DNA of 64,000 nt from Camelus ferus (taxonomy: Eukaryota), in contig NC_045696.1 of NCBI RefSeq assembly GCF_009834535.1, positions 40,116,001-40,180,000 of the forward strand, read 5' to 3'. The notes under the pieces are model-generated. The model worked only from the letters and a program-made list of their open reading frames with translations. It was not told the origin of the DNA and made no database searches. Position numbers and translations under genes: made by a program. Every line of letters starts with the position of its first letter. The first letter of the stretch is position 1. This document shows positions 26,201 through 39,094 of the stretch, one piece after another.

Positions 26201-29200
26201 TAGTGATCCAGGAATAAATTCAAGAAAACAATTATAAATATATCTAATATAGGAGCACCTAAGTACATAGAGCAAATATTAACAGACATAAAGGGAGAAA
26301 TTGAGAGTAATGCAATGACAGTAAGGGAATTTAACACTCCACTTACATCAATGAACAGAGCATCCAGACAGAGTATCAGTAAGGAAACATTGGCCTTAAC
26401 TAACAAATGAGACCAGTGGAACTAACAGACAGAGACAGACACAGAGAGAGAGACAGACAGACAGACAAAGATAAAGAAGATTTCATCCCAAAGCAGCAGA
26501 ATACATATTCTTTTCAAGTTCACATGGAATATTTTTCAGGATAGATCACATGCTTGGCCACAAAACAAGTCTCCGTAAATTAAACAAAGCTGAAACCATA
26601 TTGAGCATCCTTTCTGACCATAAATCTATGAGACTAGTAATTAATCAACTACAAAAAACTGAAGAAGAAAACAAAAACACAAGGAAGTTAAACAGTACAC
26701 TACTAAACAAAAAATGAACCACTGAAGAAAGCAAAAAAGAAATTAAAAATACTCAGAGACAAATGAAAATGAAAACACAATTCAAAATATTTGGGACACA
26801 GCAAGCAGTTCAAAGAGTGGAGTTCACACCGATACAAGCCTATCTCAGGAAACAAAAAAAAAAACTCAAACAACCTAACCTTACACCTAAAAGAACTAGA
26901 AAAAGAATAACAAACAAAACCCAAGGTTAGCAGAAGGAAAGAAATCATAGAGCAGAAATACATGAAATAGTGTCTAAATAAATAATAGAAAAGATAAATG
27001 GGACTAAGATCTGGTTTTTTGAAAAGATAAACAAAATACATAAATGTTTAAGCAAGAGTCATCAAGAAAAATAAGAGAGAGAGCATAGAGCAATAAAATC
27101 AGAAATGAAATAGAAGTTACAACCAACACCACAGAAATACAAAGGATCATAAGAAATTACCACAAAAAATCATATGCCAATAAAATGGACAACTGAGAAG
27201 AATTAACAAAATCCTAGAAATGTTCAAGCTCCCCAGGCTAAACCAGGAAAAAACCAAAACAGAAAATATGATCAGATTTGTTACCAGTAAGGAAATGGAA
27301 TTAGTAGTTTAAAAAAACTCTGAACAAATAAAAGCCCAGGACCAGATGGATACATTGATGAATTCTACCAAACATTTTGAGAAGAGTTAACACCTATCCA
27401 TCTCAAACTTTTCCATAATATTGTAGAGAAAGAAATTCTGTTCATTCTATGAAGCCAGAATCACCCTGGTACTAAAACCAGACAGACATATCACACAAAA
27501 AAAGAAAATCACAGGCCAATATCACTGATGACCAGAGACAAAAATCCTCAACACAATATTAGCAAACCAAATCCAACAATATGTAAAGGATTATGCACCA
27601 TGATCAAGCAGGGTTTATTCCAAGGATGCAAAGATGGTTTGATATCTGTAAATCAATCAATGTGATACACCACATTAACACACTGAAGAATAAAAATCAT
27701 AGGATAGTTTCAATAAATGTAGAAAAAGATTTGACAAAATTCACTATCCATTTATGATAAAAAAAGAAAAACTTTTCACAAAGTGGATATAAAAGGAACA
27801 TACCTCATCACAAAACAGGCCAAATATGTTAAGCCCTCAGTTAACATCATACTCAATAGTGAAAAGCTGAAAGTACTTCCTCTAAGATCAGGAACAAGAC
27901 AACAATCTTCATTCTCATCACTTTTATTCAACGTAGTACTGGAAGTCCTAGCTATAGCAGTAAGACAAAAAAAAAAAAAAAAGATAAATAAAAAGAATCC
28001 AAAATGCAAAGAATTAAAACTGTCACTATTTGCAGATGACATGATACTACATGTAGAAAATCCTATAGACACCATCAAAAAAATACTAGAGCTGATCAAT
28101 GAATTTGGTAAAGTTGCATGATACAAAATTAATAATTAATGTAAATAAATCTGTTGTACTCCTGTACACTAACAACAAACTATCAGAAAGAGAAGTTAAG
28201 GAAACAATCTCATTTATAATCACATCAAAAAAAATACCTAGGAATAAATATAAGCAAATAAAAGACCTGTACTTGGAAAACTATTAAGACACTGATTAAA
28301 GCAATTAAAGATGATAAAAAGAGATGGAAAGATACATTATGTTCTTGGATTAGAAGAGTCAATGTTGTTAAAATGACCGTATTACCCAAGGCAATCTACA
28401 GATTCATTGCGATCCCTATCAAATTACCAAAGGCATTTTTCACAGAACCAGAACAAATAATCTTAAAATTTATTTGGAAATATCAAGGACCCTCAAATAC
28501 CAAGAGAATCTTCAGAAAGAACAACAAAGCAAAAGTTATCATACTTCCTGACTTCAGACTATACTACAAAGGTACAGCAATCATTACAGCATGGTTTTGG
28601 CATAAAAACAGACACACAGATCAATGGAACAGAATAAAGAGCCCAGAAATAAGCCAACATACTTATGGCCAATTAATCTATGAGAAACGAAGTAAAAATT
28701 TACAATAGAGAAAAGCCAGTCCCTTCAATAAGTGGTGCTGGGGAAACTCGACAGCTACATATAAAAGAATGAAATTTGAAAAGTATCTCACCATATACAA
28801 AAATAAACTCAAAATATTTTAAAGATATAAATGTAAGACTGGAAACCATAAAATTTTTAGAAGAGAATATAGTCAGAACACTCTTCCACATAAATTGTAG
28901 CAATAATTTTTTGGATCTGCTTCCTAAGGCAAAAGAAACAGAAGCAAAATAAACAAATGGGATCTAATTAAACCTAAAACCTACCCAGCAAATGAACTCA
29001 TTGACAAAATAAAAAGACAACTTACTGAATGGGAGACAGTATTAGCAAATTATATAACTGATAAGTGGTTAATATCCAAAGTATGTAAATAACTCATACA
29101 ACTCAATATCAAAGCCTGATTGAAAATAGGCAAAAGACCTGAATAGATATTTTCCAAAGAAGATATACTCGTGAACAACAGGCACTTGAAAAATGCTCAA

Positions 29201-30070
29201 CATCACTTATCTTCAGAGAAATGCAAATCAAAACTACAGTGATATATCATCTCACACCTCTCTGAATGGCTATCATCAAAAAGACCAGAAATAATAAATG
29301 CTGGTGAGGTTGTGGAGAAAAGGGATCCCTTGCACACTGTTGGTGGGAATGTAAATTAGTGTAACCACTAAGGAAATCAGTGTGGACGTTCTTCAGAAAA
29401 CCGAAAATAGAACTACCATATGAACTAGCAATTATACTCTTGGTTTTATATCCAAAGAAAACAAAAATTCTAATTCAAAGAAAGATTCATGCACCCCAAT
29501 CTTTATAGCAGCTTCATTTAACAATAGTCAAGATATAGAACTAATGTAAGTGTCCATCAACAGATGAAAGGATAAAGAAGATACACATACACACACAGAG
29601 ACAATGGAACACCACACAGCCATATAAAAGACTGAATTTTGCCATTTGCAACAACATAAATCAGTCCTGGAGGGTATTATGCTTAATGAAATAGGTCAGA
29701 CATAGAAAGACAAATACTGCATGTTATCACTAATACGTAGAATATAAAAAATAAAATAAATATAACAAAACAGAAACACACTCACAGATATATAGAACAA
29801 ACTAATGGTTACAAGTGGGGAGAGTGAAGTGGGTAGGGGCAAGATATGTGCAATGGATTGAGGTACAAATTACTATGTATAAAATTAGTAAGTAACAAGG
29901 ATATATTGTGAAGTACAGGAAAATATACCCATTATTTTGTGATAACTTTAAATGGGGTATAATCTATAAAAATACTGAACTATGTTGTACACCTGAAACT
30001 AATATAATACTATAAATCAAGTATACTTCAATTTTAATATTTCTAAATTCAAAAAATAAATTGTTAAAAA
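23270..30070 (+). mobile_element. Near full-length decayed LINE-1 (5' UTR, ORF1 from ~25091 with deleted 3' end, ORF2 from ~25922, 3' UTR)
   Basis: 5' UTR homologous to 15226-16360; MAVSTCLLIITLNVNKL..CLQETHF, SLFADDMIL and [11 protein letters not shown]2 peptides; 3' UTR ending tatacttcaatt plus A-rich tail. Confidence 0.92.
25400..25506 (+). repeat. Purine microsatellite (GAAA/GGAA/GAAAA)n inside L1 ORF1
   Basis: Directly visible. Confidence 0.9.
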
Positions 30071-30930
30071 GAAAAAATGAGCAAGACCTTAAATAGATAT
30101 TTGTCCAAAGATCTATCAGTTCCCAACTGGCTCATGAAAAGGAATTCATCACCATCTATCATTAACAAAATGCAAATCAAAACCATAATGAGATACCATT
30201 TCACGCCCACTGGGAGACTTCAATCAAGAAAATGTAAAGTAACAAGTATTGGAAAGGATGTAGAGAACTGGACTCCTCATAGATTGCTGATGGGAATGTA
30301 TCATGGTGCAGTTGCTGTAGAAAACAGTTTTGCTATTCCTCCAAAAGCTAAATATAGAACTACCATGACCCCATTTCCACTTCCTAGATATATTTTATTT
30401 CAAGAGAAATGAAAACATATGTCCACATAGCAACCTGGACACAAATTTTCATAGGAGCATAATAGCTGAAAGATAGAAATAACCCAAATGTTCATCTATG
30501 GACTAATAACTATAAACAAATTATGGTATATACAAACAATGGAATATTATTCAGCTACAAAAAGGAACAAAGTACTGTTACATGCACCAAGTTGGACAAC
30601 CTCAAAAACATTATGGTCAGTGAAAGACGTCAGATACAAAAATCACATACTACATGATTTTTTTATATGATATACCCAGAATAAGCTAATCTATCAAGAC
30701 ATAAGGCCCATTAAAATTTACCAGGGGATAGACAGAAGAAATGGAGCATGATTACTGAAGATATTTGAAGTGTTTTATGGGATGATAAAAAAGTTTCAAA
30801 ACTAAAAAGCACTGGTAGTTGTTCAACATTATGAATATACTAAATACTACTGCATTGTACCCTAACTACCACTGAATAGCACACTTTAAAATGGTTAATT
30901 GTATATTATGTAAATTTTATCTAAAACAAA
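30071..30930 (+). mobile_element. Old L1M (L1MB-like) 3' end
   Basis: MQIKTIMRYHFTP peptide; 3' UTR motifs tactaaatactactgcattgtac..ctttaaaatggttaatt. Confidence 0.75.
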
Positions 30931-32370
30931 AAACTTCCCCACAATAACACCAGAATAAGATAACTTTACAAAAAAGATTTAGGAAAAAAAATATATGGAA
31001 CAAGTAATACCCATGTATCACAAACTACTTCATTGAATAAGGAGAAAAAATGTCCATTTTATTTTATAAGGCTAGGAAAAGCTTAATAACAAACCCCAAG
31101 TGGGACAATACAACTTAAGGGGATATTACAACAAACTAATTTTAAATATATGTTAATAGAGAAAAGAATACTAAGTTCAATACACCAGCTAATTAAAAAT
31201 CTTCACCACAACTCTGAGTGCCTTAAAAAGGTTCATCCATTAACATGACACAACTAACAAAAGAATCAATGATCATGAAGAGGAATCAGTAAAAACTACC
31301 CAAACTAAAGCAGAAAAATTGAACAGAGTAAATTAAACAAGGAAAAAGAAAAGGACAGAACACCCCAGAGCTGTAGTACAAACCAAAAAGTATAAGCAAG
31401 TATAACTGAAATGTCAGAAAGAGAAGACAGAGAGATAGACAAAGAAATATTTAAAGAGGTTATGCTGAAAATTTTCCAAAATTATTGACAGTCACCAAAC
31501 TACAATTTCAAAAAGCTCAAAAATACCAAAGAGGCTTTTTAAAAAGAAATTGACACCACATGATTTTTTTGCTCAAAACCAAACACAGAAAAGCCTGAAG
31601 GAAGTCAGAGAAAAAGCCATAGGGAAGATCTTTAGCCAAAATTCAGACTTCACATTAAAAACTATGAAAGCTGAAAACAATGGAGACATCTTTAAGATGC
31701 AAAAGACAAAAACTATTTACAAAGAATTTTATACACAGGGTAAAGAGCATCAAAATGACAACTTCTGCTCCTCCAAGGACACAGTTAAGACAATGAAACA
31801 GCTAGATACAGAACAGAAGAAAATATTGCAAATTACATAGTTGATTAAGGACTTAGGTCTAGATTATATAAAGAACTCTCAAATTCACTGTTAAGAAACA
31901 ATCCAATAAAAAATGGACAAAATAGACACAACCAATGAAAGCAAATTTATATAGCAAATAACCACATGAAAACTACACCCACAGTCATTTTTGAAATGCA
32001 AACTACAATGAGATAATGCTACATGTTTCTTACAATAGTTAAAATTATTTGACAATGTAAAGTGATAACAAGGATTTAAGGCACCTGGAAATCTCATCTT
32101 ATTAGTGGGAATGCAAAATAGTTCAGGATGAAAAATGGTTTGGGAGTTTATTATAAAGTTAAGTACAATTATCATATGACAACCTCCTTATGTTAACCCT
32201 AGAAAGTATACACTAATAATTTTATTTACAATCAGTAACAATGTGAAATAACCCAAATATTCCTCAACTGGGGAATGGGTTAAAAAAAGTGATATACTCA
32301 CACAATAGACAACAACACAGCACTAAAATACATCGAATTACTGATACACACAGACAGTATGTACAGTTAT
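30931..32370 (+). mobile_element. Fragmented ancient L1M pieces (ORF2, ORF1 and 3' fragments)
   Basis: A-rich degenerate L1 motifs (aaatatttaaagaggttatgctgaaaattttccaaa; ctctccaaggacacagttaag); boundaries approximate. Confidence 0.6.
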
Positions 32371-32639
32371 AGCAGTTTTTCAAGTCCTGAGAAACACACC
32401 AACAGCTGCTAAGATACAGAATAATTCTATCACCCCTCTCAAATTCCCTGTACCACTCTGTAGTAAACTCAGTCTCACATTCAACCCCTAGTAATCACTA
32501 AACTGTTTTTTTAACTTCTGTAGTTTTGTCTTTGCAAGAATGTCATGTAATGAAAGCAAACAATATATAGCCCTTTGACTTCTTTCACCTAGTTAACTGT
32601 ATTTGAAGATCATTTATCTTTTAGCAGTATTACATACAC

Positions 32640-34450
32640 TTCCTCACTTTCTTTTTATATATTTTTCAAACTCTCTTTTCTCTTGGTTTCCATGATACAC
32701 ATACAGTTTTCCTTTGATCTCATGGTACTTTTTTTCAATCTCCTTTGCAAGATCCTTTCAGTATCAAACCTTTGCAATTAAACTTTAAGACTTTAGAAAT
32801 CAGTCCTGAACTCATTTCTTCTATATTTATGGTCTCTCACTATGGTGACAATACTCATTTCCATGATTTTAAATGTTACCTATACGCTCGAGTCACAAAT
32901 TTATATCTTTGTATCATAAACCCAGATGTACTCATCCAATGTATCCACACTTACTCTTTCCTCACCAGGGCACTGATAGGTGGAGCAGAACTGATTTGAT
33001 TGGGAGTTTAGCATTCCTTTTTGGGGGGTTCAGCCAATTAAGCCCTCAGCTAGGTTCTGTGTTCTCCACTTTCCCCTCATAAGAGGTTAGAACTTCTTTT
33101 TATGACTCCAAGGAATCCCTCTAAAATGCTTAGTTTGTTTTCTGCACTCAGAGCGTCAACTGAACTTAACAATAGCCACCCAATTCTTAACGTTGTTTTA
33201 GTTTCCATTTCCCAAATGTTTCTCAAATGCCTGATACACGAGCCCAGCTAATGGATTTCCTTACCCTGTTATACCTTCCCAATGCACCATCAGTAAAACT
33301 TTCAACAACTAGATGGTCATGCCAGGGTCCTCTGTGCTCTACATGCCACCAGTGATGGAATCATCATTGTCAGATTCTAAGACAGTGTTTCACCTGCAGG
33401 ATGCTCAACAGATGCCTTTGGAATCAATACTTGTAGAAAGCAGGTAAGAAAAGAGGGAGAAGCAGGGCCAACAACACTGTTAGTTAAACCTATGACAAGC
33501 TGTAGAACTAGATGCCTCTTAAAGGTCTGTCTCCTATTGGAACAAGATGGTCAGCCTTTTATTTGTCATTGGATGTACACACTCCCCCATACCAGAAGCA
33601 GTGTGACATTGTGTGATACGGCTTTCTGAAAAGATCCATAAAGGGACTGACAGATGAAGACTGTCTTCTATCAGTGCTCTCACAGCTAGGGCAACAAATC
33701 CTTCACTGAAGGGGGATCCATGTGGTCAATTTCAGTATCCACCACAATGTTCCAAACCAAACTCTTAAAATTCAACCAACAACCCCCTCCCCCAAATGTG
33801 ATCCTTTTCCACTCTTCCCCATTTCAGGACTCCATCCAGCAATTCTAAAATTAGAAACCTAGGAGTCCTTCCTAATATCTTCTTTATTACCAACCACCCA
33901 CAACATATATTACTATTAAATGTACACATTTTAACCTCCAGACTGTCTCAAATTCTCCCCACTTGTCTTTCTTTAACCACTGCCATCAACCCAGTCTAAG
34001 TCACAATCATCTCTCACCTGGAGAATCCCTAGACTCCTTGCTAGTCTTCCTGTTCCCTCTCCTGCCTTTTTTCAACATATTCTCCACATACAAGTCAACA
34101 TAAACTTTGTGAAGTATAAACTGGATCACCTAACCCCGACTTCAAACCTTTAAGGGATTCGTATTGAATTTGGAATTGAATACTAACTTCTTCCCATCTT
34201 CCACTAGGCTTTGAGTGACTGGTATCCTCTTCAATCTCATCATGGGCCCCCCTCTCCATTACTCATAACTCTTTAGCCATACAGAATTCTTGCCGTTTCT
34301 AGAAGCTGCTAAAATTTTATTTCCCTGCCATAAATAAAACATTTTCCATTTTCTTCTAACCTCTGGTTTTTTGTCTGGCGAGTTGTTATCTTCAGGTTAT
34401 CAACCTTAATCTTACCTTCTCAGAGAGCTCTTTATTGACCAGCAGTGACA
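32640..34450 (+). mobile_element. LINE-2 remnants interrupted by an ERVL-like LTR fragment (~33380-33746)
   Basis: ctcttggtttccatgatac; tgttccaaaccaaactc; agaaacctaggagtc..; ccactgccatcaacccagtctaagtcacaatcatctctcacctgga. Confidence 0.6.
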
Positions 34451-35139
34451 ATATATACATGTGTGACTGCTTAATATCTCTTCAATATTCTTTTATATTA
34501 ATAGAAATTCTCAAAAGGTAGGTGATTCCTAAATTATAAATTCTGCCTCTCCAAGGCAGATATCAAAATTCAACTTCCCAGCTGTTGCAGCAGCTAGAAT
34601 GCAGATCTGGCCAGAATCTGCCAGTCACTTGCACCAGAGTTAGCCTTCCACTGAGAAGGGACCAACGTGAGAAACCAGTCTCACCATGACTTGCCTTTCC
34701 AAAAGCAGGTGACAGAGATGACAAGCTCTTCAGAGAAGTAATTGTGGATATTCTGACAGCCCATCCTGAGCATTATTGGAGGACTGGAGGTTTGTTAAAG
34801 CTGCAGTTTGGGAGCCAAGGGATGGTGGCTAGCTGCTCTTGCTGCAGCAGCCCCCTTTATCGTGGATGGATATTGTTCTAGCTTCCTAATTTTCCCAAAA
34901 ACTCAGTGAGACATTTTTTATATGTTGATAAATTCTTTTTCTACTAGAACCATCCACAGTGGATTCCATTCCAACCTAATACTTTTAATCTCTCAACTAA
35001 GGCAAATCTGTTCTATTCTCTATCTTAAATCTCATTTTGTTTCCTTCATTGTATTAACACAACCTGCAATCATGTTTGTACATTGTTTATCTTCTCTACT
35101 AGATTATAAACTCCTTGAGGGCAGAGTTTCTGTATTTTT

Positions 35140-35760
35140 CATTCAGCATTTGAATGAGGTCCTTTTCTTGGTTCATTCAACAAACTATATGGAACCCTTT
35201 CTATGTGCAGACACTGACATGGTTAATAAGGAATATAGCATTAATAAGATGATTCTCCTCTCAAAGTGCTCAAATTTTAGTTGGAGGGTCATAGAAATCA
35301 ATCACTGAAATCTAAATATGGCCAACACACTGATTAAAATTGTCAAGGGTTTATAAAAGTTTACCAAGGAGGAGCATTTAATACAATCTGTGGAAGTGAG
35401 ATTAAGGAAAGACAAAGAATCAGGAGAGAGGAGGAAGAGTGTGAATTTCGGGAAGAATTCTTGGAAGATGTAATGCCCAAGCTTAAATGTGTGAGCAAGA
35501 GTCTGAGAGGTAAAAGGAGGGGGGATAGGGGCTGGTGTAGAAAAAGAGGATTCCAGGCAAAAGCAGAAGGTCCCACAGTAAAGAGCTACATGGTAGAGAA
35601 AGGAGGGCCTTTCACGAGAGAGGGGCAGGAAAGAAGGCACAAGGTATAGAAGAGACCGGAAAGGAAGGCAAAAGCTGCATCAGGAATGGACGTGTGCTCC
35701 ATTGAGGATTTCTAAAATTATACCTGAATATGGGAAAGGCTTAGAAGGGCATGTAAAAAA
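35140..35760 (-). mobile_element. LINE-2 3' remnant
   Basis: ttcattcaacaaactatatggaacc..ctatgtgcagacact..ctctcaaagtgctcaaattttag..gaggattccaggcaaaag. Confidence 0.6.
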
Positions 35761-38070
35761 AAATTAAACTAGGAGATTAGTTTGAGTTATTTTATTTTTC
35801 TTTCTTTCAACATTCCTTGTATCATCATTTTGTCAATTAACTGAGGTTGGTAAAAAATCCTTTTCCAACTATCTTCAACACATGTTAGTCATGCTTCTAT
35901 TGTGTATTTCTCAGCACTGATTTATCATTTATATGATATTATAATGTGTACATCTGGGTGTATATATTTTATTTCTACATATAGACTACATTTCAGAAGT
36001 AGATGTTATGTGTTAACCTCTTCAGATCCACATGAACTTAAACTCCCCTGTAAGCATGCATCAGCATTTAACAAATGCTTATGGAAAGAATATGCCAAGA
36101 TCATACTTAGGAAACGAATGTAAAAGGAACCTTTTGCTTTTCTATGAATGTTAATGTGTAATATGCACGTTAAAAGTTCAAAATATTTCACTGCAATCTA
36201 GTCTATTCTGTAGCCTGTGCCTGCAAAATATTTTTTAAGAATAAATTATCTAGGTCAATGGTACACATCAACTCACAGCCAGCTTCTGCTAATGATGAAG
36301 CAGAACTCAAAGACTGAAATTATGAAATGAATCGTGATTCATAATCCTATCAGTTCACATAAATTTCCCCTCCAGGGCCCAGACAAATCACTTGTCTAAG
36401 TGATCTTCTCACCTTTTAATTCTCAGTGAAAATGTCCTTAAGGCTCATACTCCAGGAGGAAGGAGGTTTCTCACGAGATCCTGACCAGTGTCATGCAAAT
36501 GGAGAATGAAATGGGAACAGCAGAATGAAAAAAGTTGGCTGGTTAAGAAAAGAAAGAACTTCCCAGCATCCCCTATTGATTCTTCACCCTACATAGACTC
36601 TGGATATACAACGCTCAAATAAAGACTAGTGAACAAGCTTTGATAAATGTTATCACCAACAATGCCAAGTATAGGCTGAATCTTCAGTGACTGCATCTCT
36701 GTAAAGCTTCTCTATCTTTGTTTCTCAGAGCCACATGGGCCTGTTCTGCTTTCAATGGGTTAATTACCAAGGAAACATTTTTCCTCTGTGGTCTAGACAT
36801 AGAAATATCCAGATATTGTTTCCCTTGAAAGGCAGCCATCCTGCTGAATTTACTTGATCACCAATTCCCATGTTTTTCTAAGGCCAGATGGGGCTAAGCA
36901 CAATTTTTGAAGATTTTTCTCTCTCCTTTTTTTCACCGATTAACAGCTTGTTTGTTTTCGATTGAGGACACTGCCAGGCAAACAGAAGAAAGGAGAAGAA
37001 AATTCCTTAATTTTTAAGGTGGGGAAATTCAAGAATGATGGATTAGCTGTAGCCAAGAGGAAACAATCCTTAGATCTAACAAATAAGTGTGGGGAAAAAA
37101 AGTTATTCAATATTACATAATTTTAGTCGTATGAGTACATTATGGGGATTTTGAGAATAATATTATTTTCTTAACTGAAACCCAAAGGTAGGTGTATGCT
37201 GTAATTACAGATAGGCAGAGAGCGAGAGAAAAACAGAAATCTCAACCTTTGAAAAAAATCTTAAGCCTGACATTGCTAACCATCTCTAGGACGTTGGATA
37301 AGTCACTTAACTTATTTGAACCTTTGTTTCTACACATATAAATTAAAAGACTTAGCTGATTTTTATATTCATGACCTTTCCTTCTTTAAAATTCTCTGAC
37401 CTGCTGTGATTCTCAGCCAATAGAAATCCACCCAGGAAGAGCACGGATTCTCCTCCTCTGTGTCTCCCTCACCCCTCCAATGCTATTTGGAGACGCAATC
37501 TGCTTACGTCTGTGAGAGTTATATAATAAGTGGGAAGTGAAGACAGCTGAGCCTGCTCTGAAACCATGATAAATAGCCCCAATGTCCTGATTGAGCCTTC
37601 CCTATTGGAGGCCAAGGAACTCCATACAGACATGGGAAGGATTAACTGGTACTCCAGCTGAGTGCAAACTGGCACAAGCGCCAGGCACATGTAGGCCACG
37701 TGAGGTTACTCTGAGACATCTCCTTTCTGGGAGGACCTGGATTTCCCCTCTCCCATTACAGTGTCAGATTCCTGAGTCCCAGAGGCCCCCGGTGCAGCCA
37801 CAACAAGCCAGGGTGCCAGACACAGTGGTAAGTAGCAGGAACCTAACCTTGACTGTATCAGGACTCACTCCAACTCTTAGTAACTCGGGCAGCTCACTTG
37901 GCCACCAGCACTGTTTTCTCCCAACTTTGCTAAAACAGCCAAGTCTGTGATTGCTGATGCCTGGTAGCGACATTTCCATTCTAGGCCAGGGACTATGAAA
38001 GATAACGCTTAAAAAATATAAAAGAGACAATATGATTAATGTTTTTGTTAAAAGTATTTGTTTTAGTGTT

Positions 38071-39084
38071 AAAACATCATTAAAGTGGCTGGAGGGATAG
38101 ATAAATTTTGGGCACTCTGTGACTAAAGGGACGCACCACCCATGTCCCCAGCTGATGTGAGGCCAAACTCTTCAGATACCAGTTAACCATGTGGGAAGAA
38201 TGAAGGCTGAAACTGCCAAATGACAAGAGTATCACCTCTCACAGGCCAAACCCCACACCAGAGAGGTGTACTGAGCCTTCCATGAAGTTACCCAGACTGG
38301 GCCTCTCGTTTCTTTCTGAAATGCGTGTTCCAACAGTGTTAGACACATTCTGGAAACAAGTACATTTCCAAATGATGAGTTCTGAGGTGAAGATTTGTCA
38401 GTCGTATGGTAATGTGGATAAAAAACAAATATTTGATGGTAAACTGCCTGGCTCTTAAAAAGACACTACAAAATTTGGTTTGACTGCAGATGAAGTTAAT
38501 GATCAAGGTTTTGTGTCTAATTCATTGTCATAGAAGGGAAATAACCCTCCCTTATTTTTGTTTGTTTTTGCTTGCTGCATGTTAGAGGCCACATTAAAGC
38601 ATACCAAAATAGCAATTCAGCCTTAGGGACAGATTTTTAATGCAAGACTCCTCATACCAGATTGCTCTCTTCCAACATCTGTTGGTATGCTTTCCAGCCT
38701 TATCTCCCCATCCAAAAAATAAAATAAAAAAGAGAGTTCAGGATCTAAACATACTTTAACTCTGTCTCATTGAATAAAACCATTGAGTAAACACTATTCA
38801 AGTGTCCGGAGGGACTGATTACTTTTTGGCCTCTGTGACTTAAGGGATGTACCACCTGTGTCCCCAGCTGACATGAAGCCAAACTCTGCTCAGATACTGG
38901 TACTGAATTGGCAAATGACAGGAACATCGTCTTTCACAGGCCAAACCCTGCACCAGATAGTTACCCAGATTGGGCCTCTCATTTCTTTCTGAAATGCATG
39001 TTCCAACAGTAATTAGACACACTCTGGAAGCAAGGACATGTTTCTGAAGAGAGTTCAGGGGTGAAGACTTGTCAGTAGTATGGT
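38071..39084. repeat. Diverged direct duplication (38071-38410 vs 38789-39084)
   Basis: Shared blocks ctctgtgact.aaggga, tgtccccagctga, tcacaggccaaaccc, agttacccaga.tgggcctctc.tttctttctgaaatgc.tgttccaacagt, ggtgaaga.ttgtcagt.gtatggt. Confidence 0.92.
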
Positions 39085-39094
39085 GCTTTATGGT

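Noticed and set aside
23250..30080. AAAAAGAACAAAT / AAAAAGAAAAAAT as TSD of the 23270-30070 L1
   Set aside because: Low-complexity A-rich match, and the flanks are not contiguous parts of one L1.
36494..36501. Octamer ATGCAAAT in a repeat-poor stretch
   Set aside because: A single 8-mer is expected by chance; conservation data would be needed to call an enhancer.
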